Below are positions 1-9,449 of a stretch of 51,427 nucleotides of DNA, in pieces. Below the pieces are notes generated by a model. The model was not told where the DNA came from. It saw nothing but the letters and a program-made list of their open reading frames with translations, and searched no databases. This DNA is from Chitinophagaceae bacterium. GTDB lineage: Bacteria; Bacteroidota; Bacteroidia; Chitinophagales; Chitinophagaceae. The position numbers and the translations under genes were made by a program. How positions within the stretch are numbered: the first letter of the stretch is position 1; each line of letters starts with the position of its first letter. The stretch covers positions 1-51,427 of the forward strand of contig JACMJX010000073.1 in assembly GCA_014380425.1 (NCBI GenBank), read 5' to 3'.

Positions 1-89
1 AGGTAGTCGGCTTCGGTACTGTCGATTAAAGTGCCGTCCATGTCGAATATGATGGCAGCAGGCAGCCATTTAGATAGTTGTCGTTTCAT
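1..89 (-). CDS. HAD-superfamily hydrolase, N-terminal fragment (gene continues past the left edge)
   Basis: The reverse strand from the ATG (complement of 87-89) reads MKRQLSKWLPAAIIFDMDGTLIDSTEADY. This contains HAD motif I, DxDGTLxD. The fragment is too short to appear in the ORF track. Confidence 0.6.
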   Translation of the reverse strand, partial: MKRQLSKWLPAAIIFDMDGTLIDSTEADY

Positions 90-175
90 TGATCATCTTT
101 TTTAGCCGCACACAGCCCTTCGAGGGCATGGTTTTTTCCTGTTGTGTAGAAGCACATGTAAAGTTGATTAAAAAA

Positions 176-1300
176 ATGATTCCACACCGCCTTCGGCTAG
201 ATGACATTCGAAAAATTGCGGTGCTAAGGTCGGGTGCTTTAGGAGACTTGCTGGTAACACTTCCGGCCATCGATGCCATACGGCGCGCATATCCCGGTGC
301 TGAAATCGTATTACTTGGAAAAGAATGGCAAAAAGAATTTGTAGTAAAAGGGCGAACTGCGGTAGACCGGGTAGTGACTGTTCCTGTATCAAAAGGCATT
401 TGTGAAGAACCCGGTAGAATGGAAAATGAGCAAGACCTCCTTGATTTCTTTAATGCGATGAAGGAAGAATCTTTCGATCTTGCCGTGAACTTTCAGGGAG
501 ATGGAAAGTACTCCAATTCATTCATCCAAAAAATAGAAGCAAGATTTACAGTGGGGACGGCTTTCCCCAATGCACAGCATCCAGACAGGTATGTGCGCTA
601 CTTCTACTACCAAAGCGAATTGATTCGTTTTGTAGAAATTGCTGGACAGATCGGAGCCCTAGATTTCGAACTCGAGCCTGTTGTTCATGTGCTTGAGAAA
701 GACAGGGAAGAGGTAGCGGATCTGCTTCAGTTATTGTCAGGCAAAGCATTCATTGTACTGAACCCCTACGCAACGGACTCCAGGAGAATGTGGCCTCTTG
801 AAAATTATCCGCAGCTGGCCGACGAATTGTATACGTAGGGTTATGAATTTGTGTTTTGTGGTGCGCCAGCCGACAGGAACAGTGTGGATGCCATCATTAG
901 TGAAATGACCCAGCCAGCCATCAACCTGTGCGGTAAGATCAGCCTAGGAGGCCTTGCTGCTTTAATCTCCGCCGCCAGGCTGGTTATTGGCCCCGACACA
1001 GGGCCCTTACATCTGGCCAGAGCGGTAAGCACACCCACGGTAGGCATGTACTGGGCACCGAACCTGATAAACTGGGGCCCGCTTACGAGGAAATTGCACG
1101 TTCCCCTGATATCATGGAACCTGCCCTGCCCTTTGTGTGGTATCATTCCAAACGAGCCCTACCCTTTTGAACCAACAGGTAACTGTAGTCATGCCGTTTC
1201 CTTTGTGCGTGATATCCATGTGGAAGAAGTACTAAGAGCGGTGGAAAATATACTGTCAACAGAGAATCAGCTTACAGGCGTTCAATTGCCCGATAATTAA
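176..1300 (+). pseudogene. Family-9 glycosyltransferase (ADP-heptose:LPS heptosyltransferase-like) interrupted by one in-frame TAG at 836-838
   Basis: ORFs 89-838 and 851-1300 share one reading frame and are separated only by TAG. The N half carries LRSGALGDLLVTLPA and the C half carries GPDTGPLHLA, both GT9 hallmarks. ATG 176 is the likely start. Confidence 0.75.
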
Positions 1301-1306
1301 AAATGT

Positions 1307-2305
1307 ATGATAAACACCAACGAAAAACCCCTGCGGATACTCACGTGGCATATACACGGTGGCTATTTATATTACCTGACACAGACACCCTGTATATTTT
1401 TTCTTCCGTACAAAGACGGTACGGAGGAAGGTTACGGAGCACGAACGCCATCGTTTCCCTGGGGAGAAAATGTAGTAAGCGTGCCCGCTGAAAATATAAA
1501 AGACCTGGAATTCGACTGCATACTATTTCAATCGAAGAAGAACTACCTGCAGGATCAATATGAGATACTTTCAGAAGATCAGCGTAAACTGCCAAAACTC
1601 TACCTGGAACACGACCCGCCGCGGGAAGTACCTACCCTTACAAAGCACCTAGTTGATGATCCGGAAGTATTGCTGGTGCATGTTACGCATTTTAATGATT
1701 TGATGTGGGACAATAACGGCGTTACAACCAGGGTGATCGAGCACGGAGTGATGGTAGATCCCTCGATTAAATACAGCGGTGAACGCGCGAAAGGTATCGT
1801 TGTTATCAACGGCATCGAAAAAAGAGGCAGAAGACTTGGCCTAGATATTTTTTTGCAAGTAAGGGAAAAGATACCGCTCGATATCGTAGGTATGCATTCA
1901 GAAAACGTTGGCGGATTGGGAGAGATAAACAACAGGGAGCTTTCCCGGTTCATGGCAGGGTACCGGTTTTTCTTCAACCCGATACGCTACACCAGCCTCG
2001 GGCTGTCAGTTTGCGAAGCCATGATGACCGGCTTGCCGGTTATAGGATTGGCCACCACAGAAATGGTAGTCACCATCAGGAATGGATATTCAGGCTATAT
2101 CGATACCGATGTAAATACACTGATCGAAAGAATGCAACACCTGCTAGACGATCGCGACGAGGCGGCACGGTTAGGCGAGGGAGCCATGAAAACTGCTTAT
2201 GAAAAATTCAATATAGAGCGGTTTAAACAAGACTGGCTGTCGATCTTTAAAACGATGGCACTTAAACACCCGGAAACTCTAAAAAAAAGGCCTCATGCCT
2301 TATAA
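1307..2305 (+). CDS. GT-B fold glycosyltransferase (group 1 / GT4-like)
   Basis: The 332-aa ORF has the C-terminal region GLSVCEAMMTGLPVIGLATTEM...NGYSGYI, typical of group-1 glycosyltransferases. It starts 7 nt after the GT9 stop. Confidence 0.8.
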   Translation: MINTNEKPLRILTWHIHGGYLYYLTQTPCIFFLPYKDGTEEGYGARTPSFPWGENVVSVPAENIKDLEFDCILFQSKKNYLQDQYEILSEDQRKLPKLYLEHDPPREVPTLTKHLVDDPEVLLVHVTHFNDLMWDNNGVTTRVIEHGVMVDPSIKYSGERAKGIVVINGIEKRGRRLGLDIFLQVREKIPLDIVGMHSENVGGLGEINNRELSRFMAGYRFFFNPIRYTSLGLSVCEAMMTGLPVIGLATTEMVVTIRNGYSGYIDTDVNTLIERMQHLLDDRDEAARLGEGAMKTAYEKFNIERFKQDWLSIFKTMALKHPETLKKRPHAL

Positions 2306-2332
2306 TCATCATCTATCATAAACAACAAGAGA

Positions 2333-3058
2333 ATGAACAGCGTAAAGGAAAAAGTAATAGTAGTAACCGGCGGAGGCCAGGGCCTGGGCGCAGCAATTTG
2401 CAGAACGCTTGCAGAAGACGGGGCAATTGTACTACCGGTAGACATCAAGCCAGCTGGAATGCAGAAAATTATTGAAGAACTTACTGCACAAGGAGTAAGA
2501 GCTGAAGGTTTCAGCATGAACGTTACAGATGAAAAAAATGTTGAAGAGGTAATAGGACAAATCATCGCCAAATACGGCCGAATAGATGCTGTAATCAACA
2601 ACGCGGGAATTGACTTTACCATGTCTGTTGAAGAGATCGGTTACGAGCAGTGGCGTCAGGTGATCGATGTAAACCTATGCGGACCCTTTAACGTATCCAA
2701 AGCCGTTTACACGCATATGAAGAACAACGGTTCAGGCCATATCGTCAATATAACTTCCACTGCTGCCAAACGCGCCTGGCCGAATGCGTCTGCCTACCAT
2801 GCCAGTAAGTGGGGACTTCTCGGTTTCAGTCATGCCCTGCATTCTGAAGCCAGAAAAGATGGCATTAAGGTAACAGCGATAGTTGCGGGGGGTATGCAGA
2901 CTCCTTTTCTCCTGGAACGCTTCCCCGATATCGATCCCAATGTTTTGCAGGATCCAAAGAATGTAGCTGAAACGGTCAAGTATGTTTTATGCCAGCCTAA
3001 AGAATCGGTGATTCCGGAAGTAACGATTTTGCCTATGCGTGAAACGTCCTGGCCTTGA
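2333..3058 (+). CDS. Short-chain dehydrogenase/reductase (SDR)
   Basis: Contains VTGGGQGLG (TGxxxGxG), NNAG and the catalytic YHASK (YxxxK). Confidence 0.9.
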   Translation: MNSVKEKVIVVTGGGQGLGAAICRTLAEDGAIVLPVDIKPAGMQKIIEELTAQGVRAEGFSMNVTDEKNVEEVIGQIIAKYGRIDAVINNAGIDFTMSVEEIGYEQWRQVIDVNLCGPFNVSKAVYTHMKNNGSGHIVNITSTAAKRAWPNASAYHASKWGLLGFSHALHSEARKDGIKVTAIVAGGMQTPFLLERFPDIDPNVLQDPKNVAETVKYVLCQPKESVIPEVTILPMRETSWP

Positions 3059-3123
3059 TCGATCGAAGGAATCGTTCGAATACTGAAACGGCGAAGGATT
3101 CTACGGATAAATCTGCATGTTCG

Positions 3124-3146
3124 AATGCTTTATAAAGCATTTTGTC
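3124..3146 (+). terminator. AT-rich perfect 18-bp palindrome, possible intrinsic terminator of the GT/SDR operon
   Basis: AATGCTTTATAAAGCATT (3124-3141) is followed by TTTGT. It lies 66 nt after the SDR stop. The stem is AU-rich, so the call is weak. Confidence 0.35.
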
Positions 3147-3296
3147 GCTCAGCCTGCTTCAATAAGTGCCACCGCTTGACAGGCGCCGGTTCAGTTCATC
3201 CTGATGATTCAACAACTCACGCTCATTTGAGGCTGGTTCAGCCGTAAGCCTGTTTCGCGGGCCTTTAATTGTTGTCATAGATGAAAACAAATTATC

Positions 3297-4250
3297 ATGA
3301 AAACAGCTATCATCAACAAGTTACTAGCAGGCAGTTTGCTTTTGTCTTCCGTTATGGTTTTTACATCTTGCGACGAAGACGATGGTGATTTGCCCGCGCA
3401 GCCTAATACGGTAGTTAAAGTAGCTACGGACAACGGGTTTACTACTCTGGTAGGTGCCATTGCAGGTGCGAATCTTACAGCTACGCTCAACGGAACAGGG
3501 CCTTTTACGGTATTTGCCCCAACGAACGCAGCGTTTTCGGCCATAACGGTTCCATCCAATCAAACACAACTCAGTAGCCTGCTAAGATATCACGTACTAC
3601 CGGGTACTATCAGGGCAGCAGATGTTCCTTCTCCTGCTAATGGGCTTACCGTAGGTGTAGCCACTGTTAATGGCGACTCCGTATATGTAAAGAGAAATGC
3701 GACAGGCGTATATATCAACGGTGTTAAAGTAGATCAGGCCGATGTGACAGCTACCAATGGTGTAGTGCATGTGCTGGGTACCGTATTGAACGCGCCTTCT
3801 GGCAATATAGTGCAAACTGCGATTGCAGCAGGGTTTGATTCGCTGGCAAAAGCCGTTACTGTTGCAAGCACAGGCGCAGGAAGCGAGGATCTCCTCAGTG
3901 CACTAAGTAATACCCAAGGCCTTACTGTATTTGCTCCTACCAATGCGGCATTTACAGCTTTACTGCCCAGTCTGGGAGTTACTTCTATCGATGCGATTCC
4001 AAAGGGGACACTTATCAACGTGCTTAAATACCATGTATTAACGTTCCGTGGCTTTTCTTCTGACCTGTCAGACGCTCTTCAGCTCCCTACATTGCTGGGA
4101 TCGGATAAAAGACTTACTTTTACCCTCACAGGCGGCGCAAGAGTGCTGGGTGCCGGAAATGGTGGAACTAACTCCAATATTACTGCCGTTAATGTTATGG
4201 CAAGAAACGGCGTTATCCATATCATAGATAGAGTATTACTGCCACTATAG
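3297..4250 (+). CDS. Fasciclin (FAS1) domain lipoprotein, two FAS1 repeats
   Basis: The signal peptide ends in VFTSC. TVFAPTNAAF occurs twice, and the H-box-like motifs NGVVHVLGTVL and NGVIHIIDRVLLP are present. Confidence 0.9.
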   Translation: MKTAIINKLLAGSLLLSSVMVFTSCDEDDGDLPAQPNTVVKVATDNGFTTLVGAIAGANLTATLNGTGPFTVFAPTNAAFSAITVPSNQTQLSSLLRYHVLPGTIRAADVPSPANGLTVGVATVNGDSVYVKRNATGVYINGVKVDQADVTATNGVVHVLGTVLNAPSGNIVQTAIAAGFDSLAKAVTVASTGAGSEDLLSALSNTQGLTVFAPTNAAFTALLPSLGVTSIDAIPKGTLINVLKYHVLTFRGFSSDLSDALQLPTLLGSDKRLTFTLTGGARVLGAGNGGTNSNITAVNVMARNGVIHIIDRVLLPL

Positions 4251-4292
4251 ATTGCTAATAATTACAATAATTACTACCAATAATCACAGAAC

Positions 4293-4320
4293 AGTCCCGG
4301 TAAGCCGGGGCTGTTTTGTT
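4293..4320 (+). terminator. Rho-independent terminator after the fasciclin gene
   Basis: The stem AGTCCCGG / CCGGGGCT has a TAAG loop and is followed by GTTTTGTT. Confidence 0.7.
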
Positions 4321-4331
4321 ACCTACTAATT

Positions 4332-5357
4332 ATGTTTACACACCGGTACCGATACCTGTTGATGCTCGGGCTGGGGATTTACTCCTACCTGAACTCACTT
4401 TTCTCCGAAGTGTACCGCTACTATGGTATCCGGTCTCCCTGGTACGATGCTTTTTTTGCCATTATCCTGTTGACAATTCTGGTTTGGGAGGGTAACAGGC
4501 TTCTTGAGGCGGTGTTGAAAAAACGCCTCAAAACAGCAACACCTACCCGGTTTCTTCTTGTATTCTTTTTTTCAGGAAGCATTGTTTCGATTCTGCTGGG
4601 TGCAGCGATTTGGTATGTGGCAACTACCCTGCTACGGCTTCCTGTGGAAAACAGCCAGATCACGCTTAGGTTGATATTGACGTACAGTACCCGGATGAAT
4701 CTTTTTCTCCATATACTGAATGCGATTTTCGTACTCGTGAAGGAATATAAGAACAAGCAGGTAGAAGCGGAAGAATTCAAGCGGATCAGCTCCCAGGCGG
4801 AATTGCAGTCGATAAAGAACCAATTGAATCCGCATTTCCTATTTAATAATCTCAATGTGCTTTCGGGTCTTGTAATACGCGACAATCCGGAAGCCAATAA
4901 GTTTATAGAGGCATTTTCCAGTGTATATCGTTATATTCTCAACAGTCAGCAAAAGGAACTCGTGGAGCTTAAAACGGAGCTCGAAGTAATTCAGCCCTAT
5001 GTTTTCCTGCTCGAAAAGAGATTCCCCGGCAGCCTTTTAATAAAATGGGAGATCCCGGATCATTACATGTTGCACAAGATTGTACCTGCATCACTTCAGA
5101 TGCTGATAGAAAACGCCATTAAACACAATATAGCTTCGAAGGCCAGCCCGCTGATCATTACCTTTTTAGCCAACGGCGACGAAATGCTTACCGTCAGTAA
5201 TAATATCCAGCCCAAGGCTTCCGATGGTCCTTCTACCCAGTGGGGGCTCAAAAACATTTCCAGAAGATATGAACTTGTTACCGGGGAGAACATAACAGTA
5301 AGTAAAGGAGCATTCTCTTTTTCTGTATCATTGCCGTTAATATCGCCTACGTTATGA
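4332..5357 (+). CDS. Sensor histidine kinase, LytS/YehU type
   Basis: A multi-TM N-terminus is followed by NQLNPHFLFNNLN (His_kinase motif) and the N-box LIENAIKHN. Confidence 0.85.
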   Translation: MFTHRYRYLLMLGLGIYSYLNSLFSEVYRYYGIRSPWYDAFFAIILLTILVWEGNRLLEAVLKKRLKTATPTRFLLVFFFSGSIVSILLGAAIWYVATTLLRLPVENSQITLRLILTYSTRMNLFLHILNAIFVLVKEYKNKQVEAEEFKRISSQAELQSIKNQLNPHFLFNNLNVLSGLVIRDNPEANKFIEAFSSVYRYILNSQQKELVELKTELEVIQPYVFLLEKRFPGSLLIKWEIPDHYMLHKIVPASLQMLIENAIKHNIASKASPLIITFLANGDEMLTVSNNIQPKASDGPSTQWGLKNISRRYELVTGENITVSKGAFSFSVSLPLISPTL

Positions 5358-6115
5358 CCACTATCATAATAGAAGATGAATCTATAGCAGCAGAGAGGCT
5401 TCAGTGGATGCTAAATCAATGCGAAACACCTGTAAGGGTGCAGAAAATAATAGACACCGTGCAGGAAGCAGTGGAGTGGCTCTCCAAGGAATCTCCCCCG
5501 GATTTCATACTGCTCGATATTCATCTTGCCGATGGCTCTGGTTTCGATATCTTCCACAAAATAACCATTACGACCCCTGTAATTTTCACCACGGCTTATG
5601 ATCAATATGCGCTGGAAGCTTTTAAGGTGATGAGTATCGATTATCTGCTCAAACCAGTATCTCAGGAGCTCCTCGAAAAGGCGCTGTTCAAGCTGAAAGT
5701 TCTGCGGCCTGCCCAGGATAGTGCAGTAGATTATAAACAGTTGATTCAACTGATGAAAACGGCCAATCCCATCTATAAAACCCGGTTTAGCGGGAAAGTT
5801 GGTCAGAAAATCTTCCTGGTTCCCCTATCGGATGTAGCTTTTTTTCTTGCAGATAATAAAATTGTTTATCTATGCGCCCGGGACGGCACGCGCTACATGA
5901 TAGAACACACACTTGAAAACTTGGAAACTATGATAGATCCGGCACAGTTTTTCCGGGCAAACAGGAGTGCTATCATACATGCACCTGCGATAGAACAGGT
6001 AAAGCCTTATATCAATAGCCGCTTGAAACTTTGGTTAAAGCATGGTACCCGCCCCATGGAGATAATCATCAGCAGGGAGAGGGTACCAGAATTTAAAAGA
6101 TGGACGGATCTATAA
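5354..6115 (+). CDS. LytTR-family response regulator
   Basis: A receiver domain (IIIEDE...LLDIHLADGSG) is followed by a C-terminal LytTR-type DNA-binding region. The start overlaps the kinase stop as ATGA. Confidence 0.9.
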   Translation: MTTIIIEDESIAAERLQWMLNQCETPVRVQKIIDTVQEAVEWLSKESPPDFILLDIHLADGSGFDIFHKITITTPVIFTTAYDQYALEAFKVMSIDYLLKPVSQELLEKALFKLKVLRPAQDSAVDYKQLIQLMKTANPIYKTRFSGKVGQKIFLVPLSDVAFFLADNKIVYLCARDGTRYMIEHTLENLETMIDPAQFFRANRSAIIHAPAIEQVKPYINSRLKLWLKHGTRPMEIIISRERVPEFKRWTDL

Positions 6116-6125
6116 CACTTGCGAT

Positions 6126-6851
6126 ATGTACAAAAAGCCTTTGTTACTGTGTATAATTATTATCACGGGCTGCCTTGCAGGGCAATCTGCCTTGTGCCAG
6201 CAAAACCGGAAAGACGATGTTATCTACCTTAAGAATGAATCTGTAATCCGCGGCAGGATCCTTCAACGCGATGATAAGCTGGTAAAGATTCAAACACAGG
6301 ATGGGAGCATTTGGTCATTTCCATCCGCTGATATCGTCCGTACAGCTTCTGAACCGTCTTACAGCAATTTCCATTATAAACCGAGGGGATACGCTAATTT
6401 TACAGAACTGGGCCCTCTGGTTGCCGGTAAAACTACAATAGATGGAGTTACTACCGCAGCGTTCTCCTTTCAGTCGATAAATGGATACCGGTTTCATCAA
6501 TATGCTTTTGCAGGCGTGGGTGTGGGGGTAGATCTTTATGCCACTCAAACGATCATTCCGTTGTTTGCAAGTATAAGAGGCGATTTTGCGCGACAGGGTA
6601 CTATTTTACCCTTCTACTTTGTAGAAGCTGGCAATGGATTCAATATTACACAAAACTCTTCTTCGGGTACAGACTTTAAGGGAGGGCTTCTATATGCGGG
6701 AGGTATAGGGGTCAAGATTCCCTTTAACAGATCCTCCGGTTTCCTGATAAGTTTTGGATACCGTCATCAATCTACTTCGTATTTACTGAACGGGGACGAA
6801 AAAAAGATAAGTTATAATAGGCTCGCTATCCGCGCCGGATTCTTTTTATAA
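6126..6851 (+). CDS. Hypothetical secreted protein, predicted outer-membrane beta-barrel
   Basis: Signal peptide with ITGC/ALCQQ, Gly/aromatic-rich alternating strands, and a C-terminal AIRAGFFL. Confidence 0.55.
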   Translation: MYKKPLLLCIIIITGCLAGQSALCQQNRKDDVIYLKNESVIRGRILQRDDKLVKIQTQDGSIWSFPSADIVRTASEPSYSNFHYKPRGYANFTELGPLVAGKTTIDGVTTAAFSFQSINGYRFHQYAFAGVGVGVDLYATQTIIPLFASIRGDFARQGTILPFYFVEAGNGFNITQNSSSGTDFKGGLLYAGGIGVKIPFNRSSGFLISFGYRHQSTSYLLNGDEKKISYNRLAIRAGFFL

Positions 6852-6937
6852 TCCGGGCAGCACAATAGCATCTTTCCCTTAAATCCTTTCCATGAGTGAA
6901 CACCGGTTATTAACCAGCGGGTTAAGGAGTCTTTGCC

Positions 6938-7663
6938 TTAATGCTTGAACTTAGGCAAATACCCGAAAATCAGCGATACATAAAAGCGGCCTATTCGATC
7001 TTCAGGGGAGTCTTTCAACTTCTGACTGTCGTTGCTTCTCCATGCTTTGTCTTTAAAACTGCCCGTATAACCACCTTGAAGGCCGATAGAATGAGAAGAA
7101 GACTTGGTGCATTTAAATTGTACGCCTGCACCCAGCCTGTAATTGAAGAAGTTGTTCCTGAATTTTACTGGTGCTATCTCGCTTTGCACTGCAGGTGTCC
7201 CGATAATATTATTGAAGCTTACTTCAGAATTATCAGTAAAAAAACGAGCCTGGTACGTTTCAAAACCGACACCCACCAGCGGATACAACATTACTTTCTC
7301 GCTTTTGAGCAAGTCGTAGCCAATATCGGTACTTGCCCCTAGAAACCTCACCGAACTACTCTTTTCTTCGGGATCTCCACTCATACTGCTTCCACTGGTA
7401 AGATCCAGTGCGGAGATGAACCTGCGTTTTTCGGTCTGCCATCCCAGTTGAAGCACAGCCGACCTGTCTTTCAGTTGCTCATATTGCGGAAACCCCTTGA
7501 TCCGCTCGTTAAGCCCATCAAAGCTCTGAAAACTGGCACCTATTCCGTGGATCATCCTGGGTGTAGATCCATGCATTCCTTCCTGGGAAGAAGCATTCAG
7601 GGAAACGGCCAGTAAAGAAATCATCAGGAATGCTTTCAAGCTGCTCATTAAATTAGTGTTCAT
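6938..7663 (-). CDS. Hypothetical secreted protein, possibly an outer-membrane beta-barrel
   Basis: The 241-aa ORF has the signal peptide LLAVSLNASSQ and a beta-strand-like composition. It is convergent with 6126-6851. Confidence 0.5.
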   Translation of the reverse strand: MNTNLMSSLKAFLMISLLAVSLNASSQEGMHGSTPRMIHGIGASFQSFDGLNERIKGFPQYEQLKDRSAVLQLGWQTEKRRFISALDLTSGSSMSGDPEEKSSSVRFLGASTDIGYDLLKSEKVMLYPLVGVGFETYQARFFTDNSEVSFNNIIGTPAVQSEIAPVKFRNNFFNYRLGAGVQFKCTKSSSHSIGLQGGYTGSFKDKAWRSNDSQKLKDSPEDRIGRFYVSLIFGYLPKFKH

Positions 7664-7946
7664 GAATTGCGTTTTAATTGTAATATAAACGGTTTTACTA
7701 TCCGCCTGGTTTCAAGTTAAGCAATTTGTGTACCACGACAATAAAACACCCCTTGCGACCTATCAGATGGTGAAGGCTTGCAGGTATGACCCGAAGGTAC
7801 GATTATACCAATAATAGTGCTTCTACCAGTTTCTGCCATAATAACTTACTGTTACGCTCCTGTGCCCCTGCCGCCCTGGAAAGTGTGCTCCGGCTCTCCT
7901 GATTAAAGCTGGAATAAGAGGAAGCTTTCTTTCCCACTCCTGACAC

Positions 7947-8630
7947 CTATGCGGCCAATACTCCCTTAAGTACTGCCCAAACATTTTCCGCCAGTATCTT
8001 ATGCCCCTCGGCAGTGGGATGAACACCGTCTTCAAGGTTAAGCTTCGGCTCACCGCCTACCCCTTCCAGCAAAAAAGGAATCATCGGTAAGTTGTTTTTT
8101 TCAGCAAGGGCCGGATAAATAGCCTTGAACTCCGAACCGTATTTCTTACCCATACTAGGGGGAATCTGCATACCAGCAAGCACTATTACGGCGGAGGGAT
8201 ATTTTGCCCGAACCTTATCTATAATAGCCTGAAGATTTTTGATCGACTCGGAAACGGGTATTCCCCGTAAGCCATCATTGCCGCCCAGCTCAAGCACGAA
8301 TACATCGACTGACTGCCGGAGAATCCAATCTATGCGCGCATAACCACCAGCGGTAGTTTCACCACTCACCCCCGCGTTGATCACTTTAAAAGGCAGCCCG
8401 AGCGAATCAATTCTTTGTTGAATAAGAGCAGGGAAAGCTTCTGAAGGATCGAGCCCATAGCCCGCAGTAAGGCTATTCCCGAAAAATACCACTGTTTTCA
8501 CCGTATCATTTCCGGATAAGGAAGGTTTCTCCGTTTCCACCTTAGGAGCATCATTTTTACCATTATCGCCACAAGCAGCTATGATTGTCATAAAAAGGAA
8601 CAATGAAATCGAAAGAGGTGCACTATTCAT
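7947..8630 (-). CDS. SGNH/GDSL arylesterase-lysophospholipase (TesA-like) lipoprotein
   Basis: Lipobox IIAACG; SGNH block I FFGNSLTAGYG; block III LELGGNDG; block V DGVHPTAEG. Confidence 0.85.
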   Translation of the reverse strand: MNSAPLSISLFLFMTIIAACGDNGKNDAPKVETEKPSLSGNDTVKTVVFFGNSLTAGYGLDPSEAFPALIQQRIDSLGLPFKVINAGVSGETTAGGYARIDWILRQSVDVFVLELGGNDGLRGIPVSESIKNLQAIIDKVRAKYPSAVIVLAGMQIPPSMGKKYGSEFKAIYPALAEKNNLPMIPFLLEGVGGEPKLNLEDGVHPTAEGHKILAENVWAVLKGVLAA

Positions 8631-8783
8631 ATAAAAGTAGATAAATTTGAACTAAGGCGTTTTAGCTATGTTGATTATATTTAATGCTATTAAATTACAT
8701 TTATGCAGGATCATAACAACAGGCAGGCCACAAATTCGACGGCAGTCGATAATTACCGGCTTTAGCAATATTAACAAGAATTA

Positions 8784-9449
8784 ATGGAAACCATACTCAG
8801 CCTTCAGAATGTAAGCAAGATCTACAATAGCGGCAACAGGGTACTCAAAGTACTTGACGACATTAACTTCTCCATCGAAACAGGGTCTACAACAGCTATA
8901 GTAGGGCCGTCGGGAAGCGGTAAAACCACGCTTCTCGGGCTATGTGCCGGGCTCGACAGATCCTCCTCGGGAATTGTACAATTAAATAATATAAGACTGG
9001 ACACGCTGAACGAAGACCAGCTTGCAGAAGTGAGGAGCCGCTACATTGGTTTCATTTTCCAGAACTTCCAGTTAATGCCAACCCTTACCGCGATCGAAAA
9101 TGTGATGGTGCCTCTGGAACTGCGCGGAGAAAAGAACATTCGCCCCAGGGCAATGGAGCAACTGGACAAAGTGGGGCTTGCAGACCGTGGCCACCACTAC
9201 CCCTCTCAGCTTAGCGGAGGTGAGCAGCAGCGGATATCACTTGCACGCGCGTTCTCAAGCAGACCACCCTTATTGTTTGCCGACGAACCTACCGGCAATC
9301 TCGATGCGGAAAACAGTGAAAATATAGTAAGTCTTCTCTTTGAACTGAATAAGGAAGCCGGCACTACCTTGATAATTGTAACGCATGACCTTGATCTTGC
9401 TGCAAGAACGCAGCGGATCATTAAAATAAAAGGAGGGAAGATTGTTTAA
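8784..9449 (+). CDS. ABC transporter ATP-binding protein (YbbA/LolD-like)
   Basis: Walker A GPSGSGKTT, signature LSGGEQQR, Walker B LLFADEPTGNLD. Confidence 0.9.
   Translation: METILSLQNVSKIYNSGNRVLKVLDDINFSIETGSTTAIVGPSGSGKTTLLGLCAGLDRSSSGIVQLNNIRLDTLNEDQLAEVRSRYIGFIFQNFQLMPTLTAIENVMVPLELRGEKNIRPRAMEQLDKVGLADRGHHYPSQLSGGEQQRISLARAFSSRPPLLFADEPTGNLDAENSENIVSLLFELNKEAGTTLIIVTHDLDLAARTQRIIKIKGGKIV

Noticed and set aside
3159-3278. 39-aa minus-strand ORF (MTTIKGPRNRLTAEPASNERELLNHQDELNRRLSSGGTY) in the SDR/fasciclin intergenic region
   Set aside because: It has no motif, no hydrophobic segment and no supporting promoter signal. An ORF of this length arises easily by chance.
7823-8053. 76-aa minus-strand ORF downstream of and overlapping the TesA-like gene
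   Set aside because: It lies in a different frame overlapping the esterase C-terminus. It is Arg/Trp-rich with no family resemblance.
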